From Eledone cirrhosa (lineage: Eukaryota): DNA of 64,000 nucleotides. The stretch lies in NCBI GenBank assembly GCA_964016885.1, contig OZ024741.1, positions 236,282,001-236,346,000 of the forward strand, written 5' to 3'. A program made the translations under genes and the position numbers. Below are positions 24,980-38,350 of the stretch, one piece after another (the stretch's first letter is position 1; each line of letters begins with the position of its first letter). The notes beneath the pieces were generated by a model, which saw only the letters and a program-made list of their open reading frames with translations, ran no database searches and was not told the origin of the DNA.

Positions 24980-26198
24980 CTATGGAATAACAATATAAGT
25001 TAGTGTTTTTAATGTCCATTAACGATTTTTTTCAATAGATTATTAAATCAATTTTCGCAAAGGAGATGGAGATCCGGCTGATTAAACTGATAACTATATT
25101 ACTGGTGGTACTTATTCAATCAAGCCATCCCCTTCGAGATATGAAAATCAAAGTTGCCTCCACATTCATAATTCGTTTGTTACTTAGACACAAATATCGT
25201 AAAATTTACGGAGGAAATGGTGTGGTGTTCATAGCTTTTCTAAGGAGATTATTATGTAGATTGGCAGTATCGGTAGAGTGTCAGACACCATGCTTTGCAG
25301 GACAGAGTTATGGCCCTTTACGTTCTGAGTTCAAAACCCGCCGAGGTTAGCTTTGCCTTTCATCCTTACGGGGTCGATAAAAATAAAAGCACCAGCAATT
25401 CACTGGAGTAATTGCTGGCCTTGTGTCAAAAGTAGAAACAATTAATATCAGCACAAAAATGTGGTGGATTGGCAGTATCGTTAGAGCGTCGAACAACATG
25501 CTTTGCGACATAGAGTTACGGCCCTTTGCGTTCTCAGATGAAATCCTGCCGAAGTTAACTTTGCCTTTCATCCTTACGGGGTCGATAAAATAAAGTACCA
25601 GTAACGTACTGGCGTCCTTTTAATCGACTTTCCCCTCGCCCAAAATTGGTGGCCTTGTAAATCAGAAACCATTATTATCAGCGCAAATCCCGTCGAGGTT
25701 AACTTTGCCTTTTATCCCTACGGGGTCGATAAAATAAAGTACCAGTAATGCACTGGGATAATTGCTGGCCTTGTGCCAAAAGTAGAAACAATTATTATCA
25801 GCGCAAAAATAAAATAAAAAAATGGTGTGTTAACCGAATATTGAAACTATCTGATGGTTATCCTAATTAGTAGAAATAGCAGCCAAATTCCCCTCAAATC
25901 ACCCTAACATATTAATTAGTTGTGCAATCAGGGTTTAGATAATTGTGATATGCATACATAAATATATTGTTCGTACACATACACACATACATATATAATG
26001 AGTGTATGTATATATATACACACACACGTATATATACATACTACGAAGATGTCAAGTAATGTGTATATACGCACATTACTACGCACACACATATATTGGC
26101 GCCGCGGTCGGGATTTTATATATATATAGCCTCAGGAGACTAGAAAATGTGTGTGCATCGCCCGTGGGAAAAAACAAATACTAAAAAAAAATTCGTCA

Positions 26199-26270
26199 GT
26201 TTCACTTTGGGGTAATGGTAGCATAAAAGAACGGCATGCGGCAGGTGTGGGTTCGACTTTTACGCGAAGC
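26199..26270 (+). pseudogene. tRNA-like remnant (probably a SINE or TE head)
   Basis: tggggtaatggtagca A-box-like and ggttcgact B-box-like motifs; the stems pair poorly. Confidence 0.3.
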
Positions 26271-26464
26271 GTTGTATAAATTTCTTCCGTTTCCAAACTC
26301 ATCCAACAGTTCTAAAAATACATTGTTTATACACATACATTTCTTTTTAAACAGTTCTAGTCCTAGTCTTTTCTATAATAAACATGATTATACTCTACTA
26401 ATGTATTGAGTACTTATTGTGGTAACCCGGATTGAACCCTAGACTCACACACATATATATATAT

Positions 26465-26904
<440 letters not shown>

Positions 26905-28799
26905 CGCGTGTGTGTGTAAGCATTTTAAAAATTACTTTTTTAATCTGGTGCAGAAATGTATATTATTGCATGTCACCTCACTATCCGCGGTTCTTGAGAA
27001 CATTTGATTATTTTACAAGAGAAGTGGTTGATATGAATACATGCCATTAGTTAGTGCACGTTCCAAGAGCAGCAATGATGTAAGTGAAGCGAAACTCTTC
27101 CAACTAGGAAATTAAATAACGGTCGCAGGTAGTAATCTTTCTGTGAGCTTACCGCTTTATCACATACCCTGTGACGTTTCTTCTTGTTGGGAGAGGAGAT
27201 GGGAATAGAAGACGTTCAACACGTGTAAAGTGATTTTACTTGTATTTGAAAACACACTGAGAGGAGAAAACGAGATGGTGTGATATTCATGCCTTTATTA
27301 GGAAGTATTATTTGTAACATAGTTACGTCCCTTTACGACCTGAGTTCAAATCCTGCCTAGGTTAACTTTGCCTTTCATCCTTACGGGGTCGATAAAATAA
27401 AGTACCAGTAATGTACTGTGTAATTGCTGGCTTTGTGCCTAAAATAGAAACAATTATTTGTAGTATAGATTGAAGTGAATTTGTCTAAGGAACAAAACTG
27501 ATTCTCAAATCCGGAATCGCTCTTATAAGTGTATATTGATTGATTTTTCAATCTACCTGTCTCTCTTTATTATCATTACAATCTATCTTATTATTTCTTA
27601 TTGTTCTTTTCCTTTTTCTCTCACTCAACCATCCTAATTCTCAGTCTGTATCTACCTCATTCCACTTCATATACTTCACTGTCTATTTCATTCTCTCTCT
27701 TTTCGTGTATAGATTTTCTTCTCTCTCTTTCTTCTCACATTTCGTATTCCTTTCCATCTATCTAATCTCTACCTCTCACCCTCCGTTTCCTTCATTCACC
27801 CTCCTTCCTTTTCGTTCCTCTATCACACTTTATTTTCAATCACAAAACTTTAAAAAAAAACAAAAAAACTGTTTATTAGTAGCCTTTTTCAGTTATTATT
27901 TCGGCGCCAAATACTTGTAAACCAATCACTTTCACTACCACATACGTTCGACAAACCTTAAAAGAAAAACTCTTCTGATCCACATTTACACATTTATCAC
28001 TTTCATTAAATCTCCTTAAATAACGTTTCGCTTTTATATTTGTAACTATATGAATTTTAAAATATATATATTTTCAATTTGTTAATTTAGTTTTAAAAAA
28101 CCATTAAGTCAAAAAGTCTCGTTGCAGACAAAACTTAACATTACCCAACAAGTGTTAATTTAATTTTTAAAATGCGCTATTTTCTCGTTGAACCATCAGT
28201 AATGTCGCTATATTAAATCCCGCATATATGTTGGCCTTAATTCAATACCCATTTCCAAGAACTGGATGGTCTTTACAAAAATAGCAACAACGAAAAAAAA
28301 AGAACAAAAAAAAAACCTGTTTTTCAATTATTCGAGTACATAAAAAAATTCAGATCAAGTTTTATAACTACAATCTAAGGTCAGAAACATTTACCAGGAG
28401 ACAAATCAACTCCCGTTTAAGTGGGTGGACTCTTTTTTTACGTCTTTGCAGGGGATTCTAAACATAGTCGTAACGCAGAATCGTTAGAGTGTTAGATAAA
28501 ATGCCTTGCGGTATTTAGTTACGGCTCTTTACATTCTGATTTCAAATTCCTTCGAAGTCAACTTTGTTATAGCTCCGGGTCGATAAAATAAAATACCAAT
28601 CAAATACTGAGATCATTTAATTTAATATTCCTATAGAGCTTCCAAGATATGAATGGAATTATAACAGAAGATTCGTTTATAGATGAGATTTGTTTACACT
28701 TACGAGGACACAGGTTTGAATGAAAGAGGATTTATGAATGCATGCCTTTCGAAAGGATGGGGAGGGGCCTTTAGGAAATTGATTTAAAGCGAGGGTAAG

Positions 28800-29170
28800 G
28801 ACAATAATTAACCGGAACTTTATATGCGGTGTAAGTGAGCAATAATTTCACCGCTGCTTATGTGTCTGTCTGTGTGTCCTACTTTATCTGCCCACGTATG
28901 TTTTCAAATGTGTTCAAAATAATAAGCGCAAAACGTTACGGTTTTTCCAAAGTTAGAGATGAGGCAGAGATAGAAATTGAGTTAAGGCGACAGTCAGAGA
29001 GAAATCAGACGGAACCTGTCCCGAACAAGAAATAGAAAAACCTTGAGGTGTGGGGGGTGCAGAGACTTATGAACATCCACCCCGGGTGGAGATGTGGAAA
29101 GTGAGAGACTATGATGAACGTGAACGGACAGACTGCGACATTGGTATGAAACAGCGGAGATAAGGTAAGA
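28800..29170 (+). promoter_or_regulatory. Candidate promoter / non-coding first exon of the zinc-finger gene
   Basis: Non-repetitive, CpG-retaining segment ending in a consensus donor AAG|GTAAGA (29164/29165), upstream of the CpG-decayed domain. Confidence 0.3.
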
Positions 29171-29239
29171 GATCAGAGTAAACAAGACAGGCGCACACAC
29201 CATGCATTACTATCACCATCACTACACGATCCAGCAAAA

Positions 29240-30340
29240 GGGCGCAGGGGTGGGGGCTCTACACGGTCACTCGACCTACTGAAAACAGTAGCCAAATTAT
29301 CTCAAATCACACATCCTGTTTAAAAAAAATAAAATTTAATTTAAAAAGTCTTATTCACCTATGTAATTCTAGATATACGTAGAAGCGGGATGATCATAAC
29401 TGGAACGCCTTTAATCATATGCCTGTTGAATCATGGGCTAAACAACATAACACATCTCTACATGTTGACTAAGAGAAAGAGAGATCACGGGTTCACACAA
29501 CTAAATGTTGATTGTCAACTGTTGCCTATGTAATTACGGCTGCTATTATTGGCGTTTCTTCATGTTGTTATTGATATAACTATGAGTTCAAATCCCGTCG
29601 AGGTCAGCTGTCCCTTTATCCTTCTACGATTGATAAAATGAAGAACCAGTTGAGTACTGGGTTCGATATAATGGACTTCCCTCTTCCTTTAAATTACTGG
29701 CCTTGTTCCAATGTTAGAAAGTAATACTACTAATACTACAACGAGGAAGTCTGTATACAGTTGCACCACATGTTAGAAATAGCAGCCAAATAAAACCTTA
29801 CAGTTTTCTTCTTTTTTTTTTAAAGACACTTCGAATAGTGTAATCCTAGATTGGTCAAGGGTGTAGCGCCTTTGATCATAGTGTGTTCGACCAAGGCTGA
29901 CTCAGAGTGAAACAACAATTATCTGTTTTCTTATCCATGCTTCAAGTTCTACTTTATCGTCATTACATACACACATACTTGTGGGTGCATACATGTTTGC
30001 GTGTATTATAGTAATTATAACATGCAAGAAGAAATCCCGCTCGACCCGTACCCCCATCTCGTGTCATTGATTAGCAATATTTTGATTGTTTTTCCCCGCA
30101 CATACGAGCCAACGGGGGAGCTTCGACGTAATCACTCGTCCTGCTTAAAATAACAGCCAAATATCCCTAAAATTACACCCGTGGTTTAAAAAAATGCAAA
30201 AGACATATTGGATAATGTAAGCTTAGATACTTTATATATGTATCCCCGCCCCCTAAAAATGGACGTGATTGTCAGTCAAAGCTGTAATGTAATTTGATCA
30301 TATGTACTTGACCGGAGCAGACCTAGGGCTAAACAACAAC
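29240..30340 (+). mobile_element. Three diverged copies of another short interspersed repeat (~29240-29450, 29760-29920, 30110-30340); related pieces at 9440-9530, 25860-25940, 31240-31350 and 40490-40560
   Basis: Shared gtcactcgacc..gaaatagcagccaaat..aaatcacacc...tttgatcata...gggctaaacaac. Confidence 0.55.
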
Positions 30341-30828
30341 GACCTCTATCCATTCGAATATACATACTCAAGCAACAATTCCATTTGACAGATTTCTCAT
30401 GTCGTTTATTTTAACTTCCTTTTTGAAACCTAGGTGGGGATAAACAATGAAAATGTTATTTGTAACTCAGTTATATAAATTGTATTATCTTCCTAGTCTC
30501 TCATGCTTAGGTATTTAGTTATATACAGCTCTTCACGTTCTCAGTTCAAATCCCGCCTGAGTCAACTTTGCCTTTCATCGTTCCGGGGCTCGATAAACCT
30601 AAGTGCCAGTCAAGTATTGGGCTCGATCTAATCGACTTCCCCTTCCCCAAAATTACTAGCCATGTGTCTATGTTAGAAACCATTATTATTGTGACCTTCA
30701 TGAGAAGAGCATGAACATTACACGATCTCGATTTGGTATTCTTACTTATATATATATATATATATAGGAACAAGTATGACCCCGACGGCAGAGCTCAAGC
30801 CGTTTCGACGGCTATTTCTGGACTCATG

Positions 30829-30879
<51 letters not shown>

Positions 30880-31754
30880 CAATACCAAAGACGAACTTTT
30901 ATATATACACACGAGGTCTTAAAATTTATAGAGAATCGAGATCGTGTATGGGGGAGAAGCAGAAGAAAGGATAGGGAGACGATTCGGGGAAGAAGAAAAA
31001 AGGCGGAAAATTGTCAATTAGAGAAACTGCTTTGTGTGTGTGTTTATGTGGCTCCGGTTTCTTGCTGATCTAACACATTCCTTCACCTTTTCCTCTGACA
31101 GTACACATACACACACACATTAATCAAAATATATCAGTGTAGAGTGATACATGTTTAATACCAGAGACCCAAGTTAGAACTAGTCGAGTAAACCAATGAT
31201 CAAAAGCGTTATGTTTTTGTTGTTTTTATCAAGATCTATATTGACCATTATTTCACTTCGTTTCTAAGGCTGTATGGTGTATTTGAGGGAATTCGGATCC
31301 TAGATCCTGTGCCTAGTTGATCGAGCGACCACAGAACTTCCATCATTGGCTCCGATTCATACATTCATACATACATACATACATACATACATACCTAAAT
31401 GAATGCATGCGCACACACATACACATATGCATTCAATATATATATATATGGTAGAAGGAGGAGAGAAAACTATAGTTAGTATTTTTTGAACAGCTTATTG
31501 TAAATATTGGTAGGCTTCGAGGTTACTTCTGTCACGTGTGCCGTGTGTGTGTGTGTGTGTGTGTGTCCTATCTACCTTTGTAAATCTACGTATCTATCAG
31601 AGTTTGCCTTGTAAGTCTGTCTATATCGATCTGTCTGTATGTTTGTTTATCGATCTCTGTCTCTTCCTGCGTCAATCGGTATCTCTGTACATCTGTCTGT
31701 CTACACATATCTTCATATATCAGCCTGTTTACCTATCTATTTCTGCCCCCCCCC

Positions 31755-31788
<34 letters not shown>

Positions 31789-32091
31789 GTATATAGTAAT
31801 AATAATAATTAATATACCACAACGTTTTTACGTTTTTCTTCCTTTAAGATAATCATCGTTTAAAACATGTTTTATACAGATTCTCGCGTGTGTGTGTGTG
31901 TGTGACTCAATGAGCTCAACTATCATTTTAAAGACCAGAACAGCAAGAACATGACTCAGCAGCTCACCTGAAACCTAATTCAACAATAAACGTCAGTTCA
32001 ACATTGCGTGTTAAGAACCATGCATTATAAAATTTGCTGAGGTTGATTGATACCGCTGTTTAAATGTTACAATAATCCATGTGGATCTTTT

Positions 32092-33652
32092 TGAAGGATT
32101 ACATTGTGATCCACGCTTTATATTGGAGTGTATAAGCTCCATATATTATTACAAACATCAAGCGTATATGAAGGATTAGATTGTGATCCACGCTTTATAT
32201 TGGAGTGTATAAGCTCCATATATTATTACAAACATCAAGCGTATATGAAGGATTAGATTGTGATCCACGCTTTATATTGGAGTGTATAAGCTCCATATAT
32301 TATTACAAACATCAAGCGTATATGAAGGATTAGATTGTGATCCACGCTTTATATTGGAGTGTATAAGCTCCATATATTATTACAAACATCAAGCGTATAT
32401 GAAGGATTAGATTGTGATCCACGCTTTATATTGGAGTGTATAAGCTCCATATATTATTACAAACATCAAGCGTATATGAAGGATTACATTGTTATCCACG
32501 CTTTATATTGGGGTGTATAAGCTCCATATATTATTACAAACATCAAGCGTATATGAAGAATTACATTGTGATCCACGCTTTATATTGGGGTGTATAAGCT
32601 CCATATATTATTACAAACATCAAGCGTATATGAAGGATTAGATTGTGATCCACGCTTTATATTGGAGTGTATAAGCTCCATATATTATTACAAACATCAA
32701 GCGTATATGAAGAATTACATTGTGATCCACGCTTTATATTGGGGTGTATAAGCTCCATATATTATTACAAACATCAAGCGTATATGAAGGATTACATTGT
32801 GATCCACGCTTTATATTGGAGTGTATAAGCTCCATATATTATTACAAACATCAAGTGTATATGAAGAATTAGATTGTGATCCACGCTTTGTATTGGAGTG
32901 TATAAGCTCCATATATTATTACAAACATCAAGCGTATATGAAGGATTAGATTGTGATCCACGCTTTATATTGGAGTGTATAAGCTCCATATATTATTACA
33001 AACATCAAGCGTATATGAAGGATTAGATTGTGATCCACGCTTTATATTGGAGTGTATAAGCTCCATATATTATTACAAACATCAAGCGTATATGAAGGAT
33101 TAGATTGTGATCCACGCTTTATATTGGAGTGTATAAGCTCCATATATTATTACAAACATCAAGCGTATATGAAGGATTAGATTGTGATCCACGCTTTATA
33201 TTGGGGTGTATAAGCTCCATATATTATTACAAACATCAAACGTATATGAAGGATTACATTGTGATCCACGCTTTGTATTGGGGTGTATAAGCTCCATATA
33301 TTATTACAAACATCAAGCGTATATGAAGGATTAGATTGTGATCCACGCTTTATATTGGAGTGTATAAGCTCCATATATTATTACAAACATCAAGCATATA
33401 TGAAGGATTAGATTGTGATCCACGCTTTATATTGGAGTGTATAAGCTCCATATATTATTACAAACATCAAGCGTATATGAAGGATTAGATTGTGATCCAC
33501 GCTTTATATTGGGGTGTATAAGCTCCATATATTATTACAAACATCAAACGTATATGAAGGATTACATTGTGATCCACGCTTTGTATTGGGGTGTATAAGC
33601 TCCATATATTATTACGAACATCAAGCGTATATGAAGGATTAGATTGTGATCC
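32092..33652. repeat. 77-bp tandem satellite, about 20 copies
   Basis: Unit attgtgatccacgctttatattggagtgtataagctccatatattattacaaacatcaagcgtatatgaaggattag; near-identical ORFs in the track are offset by 385 = 5 x 77. Confidence 0.97.
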
Positions 33653-34619
33653 ATATAGCATGAGATCTGTAAATAATCCATATGCTTCAAGTGTGGTTAA
33701 GGAATAGATGGATCCCTGCATCTTTTGGTTTAAGAAGTAAGGATCATACATAGCATTACATAATCTATATGGATGGAAATGATGTTCCTACTGCTACATG
33801 CATGTATAAACCCATCGCTAGGGGGCACTGGATGGCATTTTCCCTTTCTCTTTTCAATGGCGCATCCCCAGATTTAGAAAATTTTACGGTGATATGTTTG
33901 TTCCAAAATTTCACCTTATTACGAATTAGAGTGCCCACACAATATTCCGATGCCCTCCCCTCCACCAAGCACCAAAGCCTAGCAACAGGTTTCATCGTCA
34001 TCATCATCATTTATCATCTGTTTTTCCTAACAAGTGGACAAGTGGTTGCAGACCAAGTGAGTACTTAATCGAAGCTACTGACCTCTCAGATGAGCCAGTG
34101 TCTCGCACCTTGTTTACACATATTCCTGCACTCTACGAAGTACACTGGGTGCATTTTATTGTAGCAGTAGCACTATGGAGGTTGACATGACCTCTACACA
34201 GATAAAGAGTCCTCCTGACCTTTTTGGTATGTGTTCTATGATGAATGTCTTTCCTATCACCAATCACTTCACAGGGTGTACTGGATGAGTTTATCATGTA
34301 GATCACTAACACAAAAGAGATTCTGTCTTTGACAGGGCTGAAGAGACTTCTTTGTTTGACAAGGCCTGTGTATGTAGAAGAATAAGTTCTTGACTGATGT
34401 ATACAGAGGCTTATTCTGATACATGCCATACAGTAGAGATTTGTACAAGAGATAGGAGGCACATGGCTTAGTAGTTAGAGCATTGGCCTTGCAATCGAAA
34501 GGTTGTGAGTTCAATTCTCAGACCGGGTGATGTGTTGTTTCCTTGAGCAAGACACTTTATTTCACATTGCTCCAGTTTACTCAGTTGTAGAAATGAGATG
34601 ATAGGGACTGAGGTCCATA

Positions 34620-34810
34620 TCATTCCACTGCAAAGTGGTCGTGGAGGTGCCACGGCAAAAAAGCACCCAGCACTCACTGTAAATGAGGTTGGTGTTAGGA
34701 AGGGCATCCAGCTGTAGAAATCAAGCCAGCATCAGTTCCCGTCCCACCCTTGCAAGCAGGGAAAAGCGGACGTAAAATGAAATGATGATGATGATGATGA
34801 TGATGATGAT
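34620..34810 (+). mobile_element. SINE-like family C carrying the RTE 3' tail and (ATG)n; copies or tails also near 3618, 38915-39255, 45590-45755, 49290, 50290-50450, 51030-51220 and 52080-52335
   Basis: aaaagcacccagcactcactgtaaatgaggttggtgttaggaagggcatccagctgtagaaa, then acccttgcaagcagggaaaagcggacgtaaaatga, nearly identical to the LINE end at ~57230-57277. Confidence 0.75.
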
Positions 34811-35220
34811 AGACTGGTCCATGTGTTACACATATATATCAAGTACTGGTTCATTGCATTGCATGTTTGTGGGAGAAATGGACTGAATGTATAGGATACA
34901 AAATGATTCATATGTGTGCATGATACACTGATTTATGAACTATGAACTGCATGTTTGTATGAGAGATGAACTGGTCCATGTGATACATGTGTGTGTAAAA
35001 GATACACTGATCTATGTGCTACATGTGTGTATGAAAGGTGGACTGATCTGTGTAATACATGTGTGTATGAGATGCAAACTGTTTCATGTGAGACCTGTGT
35101 ATGAGAGGTGAACTGATACACGTGTATGAAAGATGAACTGGTCTGTGTAATACATGTGTGTATGAGAGGTTGACTGCTTTGTATAATACATGTGCATGAG
35201 AGATGGACTCGTCCGAGTAA
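34810..35220. repeat. Degenerate ~38-bp tandem repeat
   Basis: Recurrent gtgtatgagag(a/g)tg(a/g)actg(g/a)tc..tgtg.tacatgt. Confidence 0.7.
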
Positions 35221-35604
35221 ACCTATTATTGGCTGTTATTTCTAGCTAAGACCCCGCCGAGGTTGACTTTGCCTTTCATCCTTACGGGGTCGATAAAATA
35301 AAGTACCAGTAATGCACTGGGTAATTTGCTGGCCTTGTGCCTAAAGTAGAAACAGTTATTTCTAGCTAAGACTATATTTAAGATAATAATGTTTGATTTG
35401 AGGGAGACTTAACTACTGTTTCTAGTAGAGACTATGTTATTAATGTAACATTATTTAAGACAATAATGTGTGATAGGAGGGAGATTTAACTACTATTTCT
35501 AGCAGAGACTATGCTGTCAATGTAACTTTTTACATAAATAAAGTTTATATTATGTAATTTCTAGCAGGTTGTAGCACATGAGTGCATGTGGTAAGGGCCA
35601 TTGC

Positions 35605-36870
35605 TTCTTCATCTTCACCAACTTATTCCTTAGAGGATCATGGGGGCAGGGTACTCAAACACTACTTTCAACGGGTCCTGTCAGAAGCAACTGTCTCCAA
35701 CTGATCCTGCTGGATCCCCAAGCAAGACCAGTCAAGCTCATGGATGTTATCACTATCTTGCTCGGAGTCTACCCCTGGGTCTCCTGCCAGTTGGTTTTGC
35801 CCATAAAATCTGTCCAGTGATTCTTTCCTGAGACATTCTAACCACATGCCCATAGAATCGGAGCTGTGTTCTCTCAATTAGGAGAATTGGCAGCTATACC
35901 TGGTCCGACTCTATGATCTCCGAGTTACGCACTTTATCGAGTAATGTTACTCCTAAGACCCTTTGGAGGAACCCCATTTCAGTCACTTATATTGGTGATC
36001 ATATTCTTTCAGTCACTACCCAAGATTCATGACCATAGGTAAGGGTTGGCACAAATACCGAATTGAAGATAGTGAGTTTGGCTTTTACACCTACCTCCTT
36101 TGTACTGATTACTAAATGCTGAAACTGGCTCATTACTGCACCACCTCCTGTAATTCCTGCACTTAATTCAGCTTCCTGTCTTCCATCACTCGTGAACACG
36201 GCCACGGGATACTTGAACATCTCCACCTGCTTCAGTGGAATTCCATTTACATGTAGAGTGCACTGCATAGGCTTCCTTGAGAGGATGATTGTCTCAGTTT
36301 TTGCAACACTTGGCATCATACCTATCAAGTGCAAGTAATACCATGTTGTCTGCAAATTCCAACCAACTAATTCAACACCTGCCAGTCATGATGCCACTTC
36401 CAACCTGGTTGCACATGTCAATCCTGTTCATGAATATATCGAACAGGAGAGGTGACAGTAATCACCCTCCTCAAAGTCCAACTCCCACATTGAATAGTAT
36501 AGATTTAGCATCAATTATCTGAATATGAATACTCGGGCAACCGTATAGAAACATCAGGGCAACAAGAAGCTGACCATCGATTTCATACTCCGGCAGAACC
36601 TTCCACAGCAGGTCCTGTGGAACACAGTCATATGCCTTCTCAAGGTCAACAAAGCATGAATACACCTCTTGGCTGCACTCCCACAATTTCTCAAACACCT
36701 GACACAATGTGAATATTTGGTCAGCTGCGTCTGGGGTGAAAAAAAAATGTTTGTCAGCTAACTTGGACTACTAACAATCTCCCTACATCTCTTTGCCAGA
36801 CACTTAGCAAAGACTTTATTGGGGAGGCTTAACAAGGAGATCGCTCTATAATTGGAGCAATCTCTTTTGT
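35605..36870 (-). mobile_element. Degraded RTE LINE, same family as 21095-22350
   Basis: VFEKLWECSQEVYSCFVDLEKAYD and KQVEMFKY..VFTSDGRQEAELSA, colinear with the 21-kb copy. Confidence 0.88.
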
Positions 36871-37969
36871 CACTCAGGGTAGCTGAATCGATAAAGTGTT
36901 GTACTACTTACTCATAAGATGTGATATCAAATGCATAGCAGTTATTTCGCTGTATTTCTAGACAGATAACTACATTCTACATTACTACCGTTCACTTAGC
37001 TGTCGGGAATAGTTATCAAATCATCTGGGACAGTCATGGATAAACTGTGGCCAATTTGGCTTTCTGAATGGCATGCCTAATTTCAAAATTGCCTTAAATT
37101 TTTAAGTAGTGTGGCCCGCTTTATGATGAGCCATATCCTATACAACCCACTGCTCAAAAAAGGTTGCCCATGCCTAATCTGAAGAATGTTATCTGTGAGA
37201 GATTGGGATCCTCCTCTCTATCATGTTTCTAAACATGACACTATATTCTACATTACTACAGATCATCTAGGAATGTTAACCTGTGATAGATTTGTGTCTG
37301 ATCTGGGTGGAGATTATTTTTAATTCTCATTGTTATATTTTGCATTACTGCTGTTTACCTGTCAGTAGAATTAAGTACCAAACAATCTGGGAAATATTAC
37401 TTGTGATAGTCTTGTGTTTTATTAAGAGAAAGATTAAGCACTATAAAATCAGAGATAAGGCCCCATCCTGAATTTTGGAGACATTTACTCTTGAAATGAT
37501 GGCATTTGCAGATGACATGGTGTTACTTAACTTGAAAGAAGGTGATCTCCAACTTGCACTTGATATGTTTGATGCTGAGTGCTGCGAAAACTGAGACACT
37601 CATCCTCTCAAGGAAGCCTGATGGTTAGATAACATCCATGAGCTTGGCTGGTCTTGCTTGGGGATCCAGCCGGATCAATTAGAAGGAGTGCCCCCATGAC
37701 CCTCTCAGGAATAAGTGGGTGATGAAGATGATGGAAAGAAAACCTCATTTGGTGAGATTTGAACACAGACCATTGACTGAAGATATATTACTAAATACTG
37801 TCTGATACTCTACACTTTCTGCCATATGATTGATCTAATATTGATTTCTGTGATTGGCACGGGACCACATATTTAGGGTGAAAGGTATAGTTGATTAAAT
37901 TAAGCCAAGTGATTATTTGTTTATCATCATCATTTTCAGGGAAAATGGATGATAAATGATGATGACTTT

Positions 37970-38350
37970 CTGTATAGGTATAGGCTACACATCCCATATA
38001 CGGAACACAAAACAAACAGCTTTGTCAGGCAGCAAGTTAAAAAATATGCTCACAGACAGGAACCACTCTTTGCAATAGTGAAAAGATGGAAACTTGTGCC
38101 TGATATGGTCATATATCCTGCCACAACTCCTTGTCCAAAACCATCCTTCAGGGCACAGTCGAGGGAGTGTGAAGAAGAGACAGACAAAAAAAATTCTGGT
38201 CCGACAACATCAAAGACTGGGATGTTCACAACACCAAGACCCTTCTACATATGATGGAGAATAGAAACCAATGGCAACAACTGACTGCAAAAGCGTCTAG
38301 GGTGGCAACGACTGGCTGCATTAGTTGTGGGAACATAATGATATGATGAT
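37970..38350 (+). mobile_element. Degraded RTE-type LINE 3' fragment
   Basis: LHIPYTEHKTNSFVRQQV...VKRWKL; then, after a frameshift, YGH...SKTILQG...W.DNIKDW; (ATG)n-like tail. Confidence 0.65.

Noticed and set aside
32092-33652. CRISPR-like array or tandem ribozyme (retrozyme) array
   Set aside because: Units are contiguous with no unique spacers, there are no cas genes and the context is eukaryotic. No CTGANGA/GAAA core is present on either strand.
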